DNA of 64,000 bases from the NCBI RefSeq assembly GCF_964204645.1, contig NC_134028.1:22812345-22876344 (forward strand), written 5' to 3'. This stretch comes from Tubulanus polymorphus. Lineage: Eukaryota; Animalia; Nemertea. The notes beneath the pieces were generated by a model, which did not search any database, was not told the origin of the DNA, and saw only the letters and a program-made list of their open reading frames with translations. Position numbers and translations under genes: made by a program. The stretch's first letter is position 1; every line of letters begins with the position of its first letter. Shown here piece after piece: positions 40,810 through 53,127 of this stretch.

Positions 40810-41282
40810 TGGGTCAAATCTTTGATTTTGGACCCCCAGCTATCGTGACGAGCCCCTATGATCCAGTGCTCACTTGACGGTGAGAATGCCCGGCGTTTAA
40901 CTTAAATAATACACAAGCCCAAGCTCGTGGCGCCCTCTATGTATTATCGGATTCTGACTGCGACAAGTGATTATTGAATTGAATTGTATTGTTCTTGTTA
41001 GGTTCGATTTTGTTTTCTACTCTAAGCAAAGCTTCACATCAATAGGAATTAATGACACTTCAAGTTATTCGATTCAAAGAGTATCTAGGAATATTGTCGC
41101 AGGCCTCAAACAAACTTGAAACAACATTGATTAGATTTTAAAACACGCCAAAAACAGTCGGTCGTACTAATTACCGACTTTAAAAGTTAAGAAACTGCCA
41201 TGTATTGCTGTTATTCGATTTTTTCAGATATTCATGTTTTAACTCGCACTGTAAAGTCGGCTGTGAACCTGAAACGAAGGAA

Positions 41283-44200
41283 ATGGCGCCGGAGAAGAAT
41301 TTACGATTCATGACCGTCGTGCAACTGCGAGAAGAATGCACGAATTACAACCTGCCGACGAACGGCACGAAGGCCGATCTTGTCAAACGCATCAAAGAAC
41401 ATCTGAAAAATGTCGCTACCGGTATGATAAGAATTATATTACAAAAATACTGTAGATTTTTTAAATAGTTTATCCAGTCGGCCCATAGGGGCCTGACACA
41501 GAAGGCATTTGACCCCAGTGTCCTAGATACTTTATATAAAAAGTCTTTTTATTTTGCCTAGGATACTGGGGTCAAAAACATTTTGTGTCGGGCCCCTGTG
41601 TGTAGACCTAAAGCTAATTATCCCATCTGCAAGTATTCCTGGTTTTTTTCCCTAGAAATAGCAGCCCTGGCAGCCCAGGAAGCAGAGAAGTTGAAAGAAG
41701 AAGAGGAGTTAAAAGCGAAGGAGGCGGCTGCGGCAGCTGAGGCTGAAAGGATTAAACTGTTAGAGGAAGAGAAGGAGAAGAGTAGGAAAGCAGCGGCGCT
41801 GGAAGCGGAGCTCGTACGGAAAAGAGCCGAGGCGAAAAAAGCCGCAGCAGACGTGGAAAAGGTTAGAATACAAGTTCAACAGAGAAACGTTGAAGTAGAA
41901 GTTGAAGCTGACATCGAAATGATCAATTCCGAATCTATTAAGGAAGAGGTGTGTATTGTATTTGGGAAAGAGCAGATTTTCTGAAGGGTTTTAGATTGTC
42001 TGAAGGGTTATCCAGGACTGTAGATTGTCTGAAGGAGAAGCTTTAGATTGTCTGAAGGGGTTATTCAGGGCTGTCGATTGTCTGAAGGGTTATCCAGGAC
42101 TGTAGATTGTCTGAAGGAGAAGCTTTAGATTGTCTGAAGGGGTAATTGAGGGCTTAAGGTTGTTAGGAGGCATTATTCAGGGCTTAAGATTGTCTGAAGG
42201 GGTAATTCAGGGCTGTAGATTGTCTGAAGAAGTTATTCAGGGCTGTAGATTGTCTGAAGAAGTTATTCAGGGCTGTAGATTGTCTGAAGGGGTAATTCAG
42301 GGCTATAGATTGTCTGAAGGGGTTATTCAGGGCTGTTGATTTTCAGAAGGGGTAGGTAATTCAGGGCTGTTGATTGCTCAAAGGGGTAGGTAATTCAGGG
42401 TTTAGGGCTGTTGATTGTCTGAAGGGGTAATTGAGGGCCTAAGGTTGTTAGGAGGCGTAATTCAGGGCTGTTGATTGTCTGAAGGGGTAATTCAGGGCTG
42501 TTGATTGTCTGAAGGGGTAATTCAAGGCTTAAGGTTGTTAGGAGGCGTTATTCAGGGCTGTTGATTGTCTGAAGGGGTAATTCAGGGCTTAAGCTTGTTA
42601 GGAGGCGTAATTCAGGGCAGTAGATTCTGATTGGGCGTTTTAGATATGTCTCCGACTGCAAAATTTTGAATTGGGAAAACAATTATTCTCTATCCGATAG
42701 CAAGAAGATGAAGATGAAGGCGATGATGATATGATTCTGATGGATGAATCTACGGGCAGTTTGACAGAGGATGCTGCTGGTGCTGCCGATGCTACCGAAC
42801 AGAAAACCGATGACGTGAAAATGGAAGAAGAAACTTCCGAAGACGTCGATGATGAAAAACCAGAACCTGAATTCCCGTAAGTGTCGACCGAGAATTATAT
42901 CAATTTCATGCGTGTTTTAAGAGCGCCTGTGAAATTTCGGCCCGAAAAATTCCTCGAACAACGAATATTTATTATATTAATCTGAATATTTATTATCTTA
43001 TTATATTCATCTATATTTCGTAGCGAGTTGCCGGACAATGAAATCGAAGAATTCGTTTTGGATAAAAATCAATCGAAGCAACAGATCACGTGTAAACTGT
43101 GTTTGCATACGTTATCGATCACAGATGAGGAGGTAAAAAATAAATTAACCCTTTCAGTGCATCTACACCGCAGTGCGGTTTATGAATCGGTGATGGATTT
43201 TGCTAGTACACCGCACTGCGGTGTATTAACGTAATTAGTAATTATCTCTCTTGAAAGATGGCAGCACCTGTCAAACATAGTGAAATATTAGTAACTAACG
43301 ATATACCTTGCCGCGGTGTAGACGCACTATAGCGCTATTCCCGTTATTCAGCACACTAGGGTGGAATTTTTCAAATATTTCAAATTATCTCCAGCACTAT
43401 AGGGTATTGATTAGTCAGCACTGAGAGGGTAAAGTAGTGTCAATATGCAGGCTGCACCAAGACACCCTTTCACTTATCTGCTAAATTTTGATTGTCCACT
43501 CTTCGCATGCGTTCAGAAAAAATGAACTAGGCCTACCAGTCATCGGCGCACTTTCAAAAACTCATCCACACTAAAATGATGTTAGTCTGAAGGGTTTGGT
43601 CGAGGCTGCGGATAAATGAAATACCTGCATGAAAAATGACGCGAATGAGAAGCTCACTGTGCAGCAAATAATTGATGATATTTGTACTAATTAGCTATAA
43701 ACGATTAATTGAATGGTTTCTTTTGTCTGTACTGTAAACTGATGTAGATTATTTGTTTTCCCCTCTTCCTCCTTCTTTGTATTTGTTCGTGTATAGATGG
43801 GCTCTTCGATATTATGTTTCAGGGTTTGACTGCGCATTTGGATTCAGAAGAGCACATAGCTCGATTAGAACAGTATAAAGATCGCGCCAGAGGTATTTAC
43901 CAAAAAGAAATACCGTGGTACGCCGTATCGAAAAAATGAAAATCATATCTCATTCTCGCGTTTGTTTTCTGAATTTTTTAGGGCACCACTTAGTTGGCGC
44001 ATACGTCACATGTCAAGTAAGTTGAGAGCATGAAATGGTGAATTATAGTCTTGCTTAATTTTTTGTGAATAATGCATATCCAGAAAGTCCTCTTGATTTA
44101 TGATTACGAAGTTCGCTCTCTGTCAGCCTTATCACATTACAAATCGATTGCGCACGTTTGATTATTTTTCCAGCTATGCGATCGTGAAATGGCGTACGAT

Positions 44201-47200
44201 GAATGGGATTATCATCAGGATACCGATCGTCACAATCTGGTAAATAATACCGCTGTTATCCATTTCTCAGTGTCCATGGCTGACAGAAATGTGTGCACAT
44301 TTTTGTGACTAACGCGCGGAGAATTTCAATAACCAAGGGTTACTGATAGTCTGAACGGCAAATGATTTTATGGGTTACCCCTGTGAATACCAGCCAGTTT
44401 TACGGGTTGTTACCCCTAGCATGATAACCGATGATTTTATGGATTACCCCTGTTAATACCAGCCAGTCTTACGGGTTGTTACCCCTAGTATGATAACCCC
44501 ATGATTTTATGGGTTACCCCTGTTAATACCAGCCAGTCTTACGGGTTGTTACCCCTAGTATGATAACCCGATGATTTTATGGGTTACCCCTGTTAATACC
44601 AGCCAGTCTTACGGGTTGTTACCCCTAGTATTATGATAACCCGATGATTTTATGGGTTGACCCTAGAACAATCTGAACAGCAGTAGAACTTACCGGTCAC
44701 CCCTTGATTAGTCTGAATACTGGATGATCTGAGGTCACCCCTAGAACAACGGGTACAATGGTTAGATACTAGGAAATGATGTGGAATTTCAACCCAATGT
44801 TTTTCGACTGGAATTTTTTGACAAGTGGGTGGATAGTCGATAGAATCATGGGGTTCACAAATCTAAGTCATGTATTACCATTGGGAGTAGATTTTGCAAT
44901 GTCCGCGAGCCGGTTGTTGGCTCGGTTGTTCGGCAGCAGTGTAGAGACATCGGAATCGATGTTTAATGCGTTTCGCATTGTTTTTATTTCTGTTTTGTAG
45001 AATAAGCTATTGAAAGAAAATGGAGGTATGTAAGAGCCGAAGAAACGTGCAAACTGAACTAAAGCATATTTTACGCGGGAGCAAAAGCAACCTCGTTGGT
45101 GGTAGGGCAGTGACTGCCTCTGAATATTCATGAATATTATAGGGGGGCTGAAATAGTTTGCCGGATATTTTCTTCAGATTTCATATCTTGTTTTAACGTC
45201 AAACGAAAATGAGCTGATTTACCAAATAATGTTTTCTTCGAATTTTTTCGTAATTTCAACGAAGTATTATAGTTTTCTCAAACTTGATACAAACGAAATT
45301 AAGCTATTTTTTTACGTTCAACTTTAAAGAAGCTCGAACGGTATTTCAAATTCAAAGATAATTTCATGTTGAGCTCGATGAGTTTTTATTCTCAACGGCA
45401 TTTGAAAACTGTATGGAATATATTTCAAAATCTTTTGCGGCTGACGCCGGGCAGGATCTTTGTTTCTGGTGCAAAGCTAAGTAATTGCATTTCTCATTCA
45501 TGCTTTTCTCGAGGGGAATAATGGGTTGAAAATGGCCTGTGGAGTGAATGGATTCGAGTAGATCCTTCACTAAGAACCTTAGTGTCTGATGTTCGCGTAC
45601 GAGTCTTGCGTTGTAGCGCATGCACAACCCAAGCTCCAGGACTCATTGAAGCCGATCGTAGATGATTCTTGAAAATAATTATTCCCTGCTTCGAAACGAA
45701 GGCTCTTGCTAGAAAAGTCGAGATGTTTAGATGTCTCCTCTATCTGTCTGTCTTGACTGTGAACATTGTATACATAATGAAAGCTTTAATTTCAGTTCTT
45801 CCGATTAAAGTACCGTACGCATTGATTCAGAAGAAAATTGATGAAATGAATTCGCTTGAAAGTCCTCTTATAGGTAAGAATTGGAACCAGTATTTTGCAG
45901 TCAGCACCCGGGTCCACATGAGTTACAGCTCTGTCTTCAGGATGCTTGGTAGCAGGCTGTTGGTTGATCCTGTCATGTTTGGCTGGGGTTTCTTTGCCAA
46001 ACGGGGATCCTTTGATGTCCTTCACCTTTCGTAAGATGCCTGGTTGCCTTAGATCCTCTTAATATCATAACGAAAACTCTTTCTTATCTTTTATTCTTGA
46101 CGATATATCTGATTACAAAATGTTGGGGCTTTCTAAAAGACGTCTTGCCCCTGCAAGAGCTCTGGCTCAACTCCCTTTGTCCCTCTAATCTCTGATGGGT
46201 CTCGTGATACAACCAACATCTGGTTTACAACCTAATTTCCTAAATTTAAATCCGTATTTATAAGTTCTGTGCCAAATCACTATATAACAATACCTGCATT
46301 AATAACTCGAGTAAAGATTGGAATATTTTCGTCCTTAAACCTGGGTCTAGACTTGAAAAGACATTTCCAGAATAACTTTGAGAACTCCATTTCATAATTG
46401 TGAAAATTGTAAATTGTGTAATCTCTGAAGCATTTCAATTTGGTGTTTTGTATTCAGGATTGTTCTGGATTCATGAAATCATCGAAGCAAAATCTTTTGA
46501 CACGTTCAAAGTGAAGTATATTTGTTATTGTTGTAACTTGAAAGAGAAGGACGACGTGAACGGGGAACAAATCATAGAACACATCCAATCGAGAGAACAC
46601 ATCATCAATGCAGTCGTAAGCATCGACAGATTTTTTCATTCGATTTTTTACTTCTTCATTTCACTTCATTTCTATGTTTATCTCAGGCATCAAATGGATG
46701 TATTAATTGCGGACGTCTGCTTAAGAGAATGTGAAAAATCATGAAAATATGTGAAAAAAAATTCACGAAAAACGTGTCGAAATATTTTAATGCTAGATAC
46801 ATCATCAATGAATTTTCGTTTGGATTTATGTTTGCAGAAGAAGCATCACATGATGGCGTACGAGGCGTGTTTGACCACGACGCAGACGTTCAATCAAACG
46901 CGACCGGCGGCCGCGAAACCTCGCAAGGTCGACGACGAACTGATGCATTACATCAGGGATAACGGTCACGAGTTCTTCCGGCGACATCGACTCAAAACGA
47001 AAATCAACCTCGACGACGAGTTTACGCTGGCGATGAAAGTAAAATACGGGGTAAGTGAATTTATCGGTCTCGTGAAATCCGAGGTGATTACTGTTATAAA
47101 CTGTATAAACAGTGTTCCCAAATCGCTCTATAAACCCTCAAATTCCAAAATTCATTTTTGAGTAAACCCTCAAATTCTGAGTGTTTGTCCTTGGTTCACC

Positions 47201-50200
47201 CCTTCAAACATTCGAAGATATGTCGTTTGTATTTTTCCAGTAGTTCAGAAACAGTAGCTTAAAGTTCATGGTTGATCTTGAAATGCATAACTGGTGATTA
47301 CGCCCTTTAAGCGCCCTCAAATTTGAAAATGGTCGTCCCTGTATAAGAATGTATTATTTTTCGTTTGATCTCCTAGAGCGCGCACGCGACGCATAGCATA
47401 CAAAGAAAGTTCCCGAAAGTTGAACTGGAGCCGGATCAGAAAGCGAAAATACAAGATGAGATGGATCGATGCAAGAAGCCGATTGCGGGTAACCCTTCTA
47501 ATCAATCACATCCCGGGTCTAGTTTCAAGAAAAGGTTAACTTAGATTTTTGGTTTTATTGCTATTGGCAACTTCATGTTTTCAATGAGGACAACAATTAA
47601 AACTTTTTAACATTTTAAGCTTAAACTTTTTCATTAAACTGAACCCAGGATCAACTCCTGAATAGATTTAAGAAAACAAATCTAATTCATGCGCTTATAG
47701 ATTAATTAAATTGATCCAAAATGATCTGAATAAAGCGGGTTACCGTTGAACTGTACAAAAATTCACATCACCAAATTTGACATTAAATCCATTTCTAATC
47801 AATTTTCCCTAAAAAAAGACCTTATCTCGCACCTGAATCTATCTCCGAGCTACGAAAGTGTTTTGCGTGTGTGTTTTAAGGATTGGATCTGATATCCGAA
47901 AGGCGCTATCTAAACGGAGATCTCGAGTATTTCTGCATTCTGTGTCACAGAGAAGTCGAACGTAAAGACGTTCCGAATCATTTGACGCAGGTCCTACACA
48001 AGAAGAAATTCCTGGTTAGTATAATCATCATCGGAGAACCTGGGGCTCGTCGTTCCAAAAGTTGTTTACAGTAAACCAGCGGATAGTTGACAAATGAAAT
48101 TTCATTGGTTCATACTATGGTATTTCAGGGTCCGATCTAAGGAATGAAAGCCACTTGCCCGGGGGGCAAGCACATCTAAAATTTTGCTATGCTTGCTCCC
48201 TCCAAAAGCTACTTGCCCTACACAGGCAGTCCGATTGGTGGAACATTCATCCGTTGTATCGAGTGGGAAAAAAGTTTTGTGATATAAAATTGCACTAGCC
48301 CGGGGGACAAGTGATAATGATAACCTACTTGCCCTGAAGAGAATATACTTGTCACGGGCAATCGGACAAGTGCTTAGATCAGACCCTGGGGCCGGTTGCA
48401 TAGTCACAGCTTGGACTGAAGACCAGTCTAAGACCAACTTAGTTCTATAGCCAATCTAAGAACTTAAGACCAGTCTTAAGATTTAAGACCATTTTTGGAC
48501 TTAAGCCATGACTGTGCAACTGGCCCCTGGTATTTATCCGACGGTTTTCTTTAACCAACTTTTGAGCAACCGGCCCCTGGTCTGCTGGTTGACTCAGCAT
48601 GTGCGTATGTGATCGTTCGTTTTTTTTTTCTTCAAAATTCCAATTCAGCACCGCTTTCACGCGGATTTATTTGCGAAAGTGATGGAAGAAGGACGATGGA
48701 TCGAGAATATCGGCCGAGCTGAGGCGAAAGCGAAACAAAAACGTGCCGAAAAACTGGCGATCGAACTGTGCGCGAAGCATCTCGACAAATTCCCGCGGCC
48801 GCAAGTTCAAGTTTGTCTGAAAGCCGGAAAATCGATGCCTGGTAAGTCAACGAAATAATCGAGTTCCATCCGCGTTACATCAGCTATTTGGCTGTATCGT
48901 CTGCTAATTAATAGCGCAACAAGAATGAGGACTCGACATTTAACCCTTTCAGTGCTGACTAATTAATACCCTATAGTGCTGGAGATATTTTGAAATATTT
49001 GAAAAATTCCACCCTAGTGTGTTGAATAACAGGAATAGCACTATCGTGCATCTACACCGCTGCGCAGTGTATTGTTAGTTACTAGTATTTCACTATGTTT
49101 GACAGGTGCTGCCATCTTTCAAGAGAAATAATTACTAATTTCATGAATGCACCGCATTGTAGTCTCCTAGCAAAATCTATCACTGATTTATTCACCACAC
49201 TGCGGTGTAGACGCAATGAAAGGATTAACTGACGATTGACGATTCGCCAGGGAGAAATCCGGGCCTCGCGATGTCTGAATGCTACTCAAGCTACGCCTAG
49301 TGGATCTTCACGACAGACGTTTCTTATCTTTTCACCGTAAACGTTTCATTATTGTGCATTATTTTCGTATTTCTTGTATTGATTGTAGAGTTCGATGAGT
49401 TGGTCAGGAATAGGAGAGACGACAAAAAAGACGCGAAAGTTACAAAACGCAGAGCGGGTGCTTCACCGGGCAGGTTGGACGGTGGGCCTCCATCTAAAAG
49501 GTATGCCTTTTATGGGTCTCATGGGTCCAGTTGCGCAGTCATGACTCAAGCGGTCTTAATGTACTGTGATATAATTGAATGTGTAATATTTAGTACAAAT
49601 CATTGATGTTTATTTGAAATCTATTTCTGAATTACTATATTTTCAGGGGTGGTTATGGAGCAGGTAAGCTGTAGCTGTAACGCAGTGTCCCATTGCACAT
49701 CGAGGTGATGCATGAAATTCTAAAATTGTTCTGAGACGACTAATTTTATCTTTGTACACATTTCAGGGCAAAGTGGAAGAGGTCGCGGAAGAGGTGGAAG
49801 AGGTGGAAGTGGAATGGGTAGAGGTGGAATGGGAGGTTATAATAGAGGCAACATGAAAAGAGGTCAGATGAATGATTACGACTTCGGAAATGAAGACATG
49901 GGGGGAGGTTATGGAGGGAATCAGATGGGCGGCTATGGTGGTAACCGTAACCTGATGGGAGGTTATGGAGGCAACCGTAATCAGATGGGAGGTTATGGAG
50001 GCAACCGTAACCAGATGGGAGGGTATGGAGGTAACCAGATGGGAGGTTATGGGGGCAACCGTAACCAGATGGGCAATTATGGAGGCAACCGTAATCAGAT
50101 GGGCAATTATGGAGGCAACCAGATGGGAGGTTATGGAGGTAATCAGATGGAAGGTTATGGGGGTAAGCAGATGGGAGGTTATGGAGGTAACCAGATGGGA

Positions 50201-51102
50201 GGTAATGGAGGTAACCAGATGGGAGGTAATGGAGGTAACCAGATGGGAGGTTATGGAGGTGGCAGCCGAGGAGGTTTTAGAGGCAACAGAATGGGTGGAG
50301 GATTCAAGTAAGTATACTCACAATGTTTGATGTTTGTCTGGCTGTTCTGCGTTATTTGTCGCTTAAAACGATTAATCGTGTGAATATTATAATTCAAATA
50401 GTATTGCCTCTGGTGGCATGGAACAAGGCTACGACAATACTGAGGTACGTTCAGATTTTTACAAAAACAACCCCTCACAGTATGAGAGGAGGTGCAAATT
50501 CCTGTTGATGATTTGATGTTTATTTGTTTGTAGGATACGTCCATGGATCAAATGGAAGAGGCGATGATTAAACGTATATCGAAGGCGTTGGCGCGAGAAA
50601 TGCTCGAATCACGACAGCAGCAACAACCGCAACAACAGGTAAAATGATCAATCGCTATCATGCAATATGTTACCAGTCTTGCCCCAATGCTGTCTGCTTA
50701 CACCGAGGAGATAAACCAGGGTGGCAACTTACCTGGAAGTCAGGGAATTTTCTTTTCTTTGAAAAAGGCATTTTGTAACAAAGCTAGAAATTAGGGAGAA
50801 GTCAGGCAATTTGTTGAGATTGCTAGATCAAATCAAACAGTTTCCATCTATGTCTTACGTATTTGATTATAAATTGATTGGATTCTTAGCAGATCAAGTC
50901 AGGGAAAACAAGTAAAAATAAGTGGCCAATAAGTTTATAGTTTATTCATATTTTATAGGCTGGTGGAAGTGGAATGAATCGTAGTCGCGGTGGAAACATG
51001 AGTGCATGGGCCGGTGGAGCAGCTGGTCGAGGCAATAACGCGCGTGGAGCCGGGATGAATTCTAACAATCGTAGAGGCCGGGGTGGAGGTGTGTTCTGGT
51101 GA
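41283..51102 (+). CDS. Uncharacterised SAP-domain / 4x C2H2 zinc-finger / Gly-Asn-Gln-Met-Tyr low-complexity tail protein, paralog 2
   Basis: Exons 41283-41421, 41656-41948, 42701-42876, 43024-43132, 43823-43892, 43982-44016, 44174-44239, 45001-45025, 45796-45873, 46458-46615, 46838-47050, 47377-47488, 47881-48014, 48649-48841, 49389-49500, 49647-49663, 49767-50307, 50402-50444, 50534-50638, 50959-51102. SAP: MTVVQLREECTNYNLPTNGTKADLVKRIKEH. Same four fingers and intron phases as paralog 1. AATAAA near 51315. Confidence 0.85.
41980..42625. repeat. ~30-bp minisatellite in paralog-2 intron 2
   Basis: GATTGTCTGAAGGGGTAATTCAGGGCTGTA variants, about 20 units. Confidence 0.9.
43145..43433. mobile_element. 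piggyBac-like MITE copy (same family as 61265-61555)
   Basis: TTAACCCTTTCAGTGC...CAGCACTGAGAGGG; inserted 12 bp downstream of a paralog-2 donor site. Confidence 0.85.
44362..44665. repeat. ~65-bp minisatellite
   Basis: ATGATTTTATGGGTTACCCCTGTTAATACCAGCCAGTCTTACGGGTTGTTACCCCTAGTATGATAACCC about 4.5 times. Confidence 0.9.
48126..48528. mobile_element. CAGGGTCCGATCTAAG MITE with a GGGCC...GGCCC (Harbinger-like) MITE nested in its terminal CTG
   Basis: GTATTT|CAGGGTCC...GACCCTG [GGGCCGGTTGCA...TGCAACTGGCCC CTG] |GTATTT. Another copy of the inner element lies at ~6296-6419. Confidence 0.75.
48940..49228. mobile_element. piggyBac-like MITE copy, opposite orientation
   Basis: TTAACCCTTTCAGTGCTGACTAATT...GTAGACGCAATGAAAGGATTAA. 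Confidence 0.8.
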
Positions 51103-53127
51103 GGAAAAAACACAACTTTTCATCACCATCTAAACTTGGGAAACGGATAAAGTCGTGTTTGGAAATTGAAAATCAATCCAATTCCAAGAACATTTCGTAA
51201 TATCGTAAAAATCTCAGTGTTTTCAGTGTTTTTATCTCATGTTCAGAGAACGTTTATATATATATCTACCGGTGTACATGAATGTGTATCAATATGGAAA
51301 TCATGTCTGTCTTCAATAAATCATGTGCTGATTTTTAGAAATAGATTAGAAAATATTTTCATACTTGCGCAATAATTAATCATGCATTTCATTATCATAA
51401 TAACATGTTCTCAGTACGTGATCAATAAAATACATCAAATTCTTATATATTATCAAATACTAGTTGGTTTTATCTATGATGTATTTTATGAGGATTTATT
51501 ATTCACCAGTGAAGGGAAAGATATACGAGATACTTGTACTGAGGACAAGGTTCATCGGAGAGGACTCGTTTCATTTCAGTTGATGGGACAGAGGGTTTAG
51601 GGAACAGTGGGAATGGGACTGGGTCTGGAGGACACTAGGTTGATGGGACTGGATTTAGGAAACAGTGGGGATGAGAACGTGAGTTTAGGGAACACGAGGT
51701 TGATGGGACTGTTTGTTGAGGGGATGGGGTTTAGGGAACTGAGGACAGTCAGTCTATTGAGACAAAAGAAGCTGCGGGGAGAGTCTGCACAACATTAGGG
51801 AACAGCCAATTTGATAGGGAACAGTGTGTTGAGAGTGAAAGGTGATAACTGTGGATGGGGTGTACAGTGGACCGATAGCTGTGAATACTGAAGTGGATGT
51901 TGCCCTGAATGCTGATAACAATCATACCAGTGTTCAAGTATCGGCTAACAAAGGAATAGATGAATTGATTCTTCATTGTCTCATCATGAATATTTCTTGA
52001 TGAATAATCCTCAATAGTTATTCTACAAGACAACAACTTTTCATTAACTAAGAAAAGATTCACATCAGGAGGAAGATTAGGGGGCAGGTTGTTGACTGTA
52101 GCTCAGCCTCCTCCTACAGAAATAAGCTATGCTACACTTGTAGAACGACTGTGTGACTAACATCCGCCCCAATCCTATTGCGATGACCCGAATTTTTAAA
52201 TCATCTTTAGAAAACAATGTAGTAGCTAAATATCTGTTGAAGTTCACTGATAGGAAATCATCAGTTTTCCTGCATCCATCACATGTGATCATTCAAGAAT
52301 CGAACCCGAACAATATTCTAAATATCATTAAATGAATTATAGTTTATTTGAACGGTAAACATCTATAAACATAGTCAATACATCCATCTATAAAATATAT
52401 ATATTTAATTTAAAACTCTCGTACTACATAAAATTTGATGTTACAGACACAAGTTGAGCCTTCTCATCATTACAGCAAAAATATAACAAATCATCTCTTC
52501 AGCAGGTATTGGTCCCTGTGAAACTAGCTCCAGTGATTTACAGAGCAATAGAGATACTGGGTTAATACATACAACAATTTTAGCAACTCTGGACACGTTC
52601 TTTTAAAGCAATTTAATACTCATTGGTGATAAGCTTTGATAATTGCATGGGCTTAAATAACAACCTTGTGGTTTCAGGTTTTCGTGAAACTGAACCACAG
52701 ACGAGTTACTTGATAGCTCTCTTCCAGACTAACCCGACGTAAATTGTTTTCATATCAAACAGACTTATGCCTTCTGCCACATCAGCACAATTGGAATGCC
52801 ACAACATACGATTATAACATAAAACACTGAATTTCAAATCATAGGGAGTCACAACAGGTGACTGACGTTTGAGCAACACACAATCTGGACAATTCCTGAT
52901 CCATAAAATCAGATTGTGACACGCTATGATTCGAATAATTCACCAGCCGGTTATAAACAAACGACATCGGATAGATTTCTACCTTATTACAATAATCACA
53001 ATTGGAATATACTTTCAGTATATATGTATAATAACGATAACTAATTCGTACAATTTAATTCCACAAATACAACTTTAAATTTTTTCTTAGAATGTTTACG
53101 TACAAAATGGATTTAGTAGCTGGTGGA

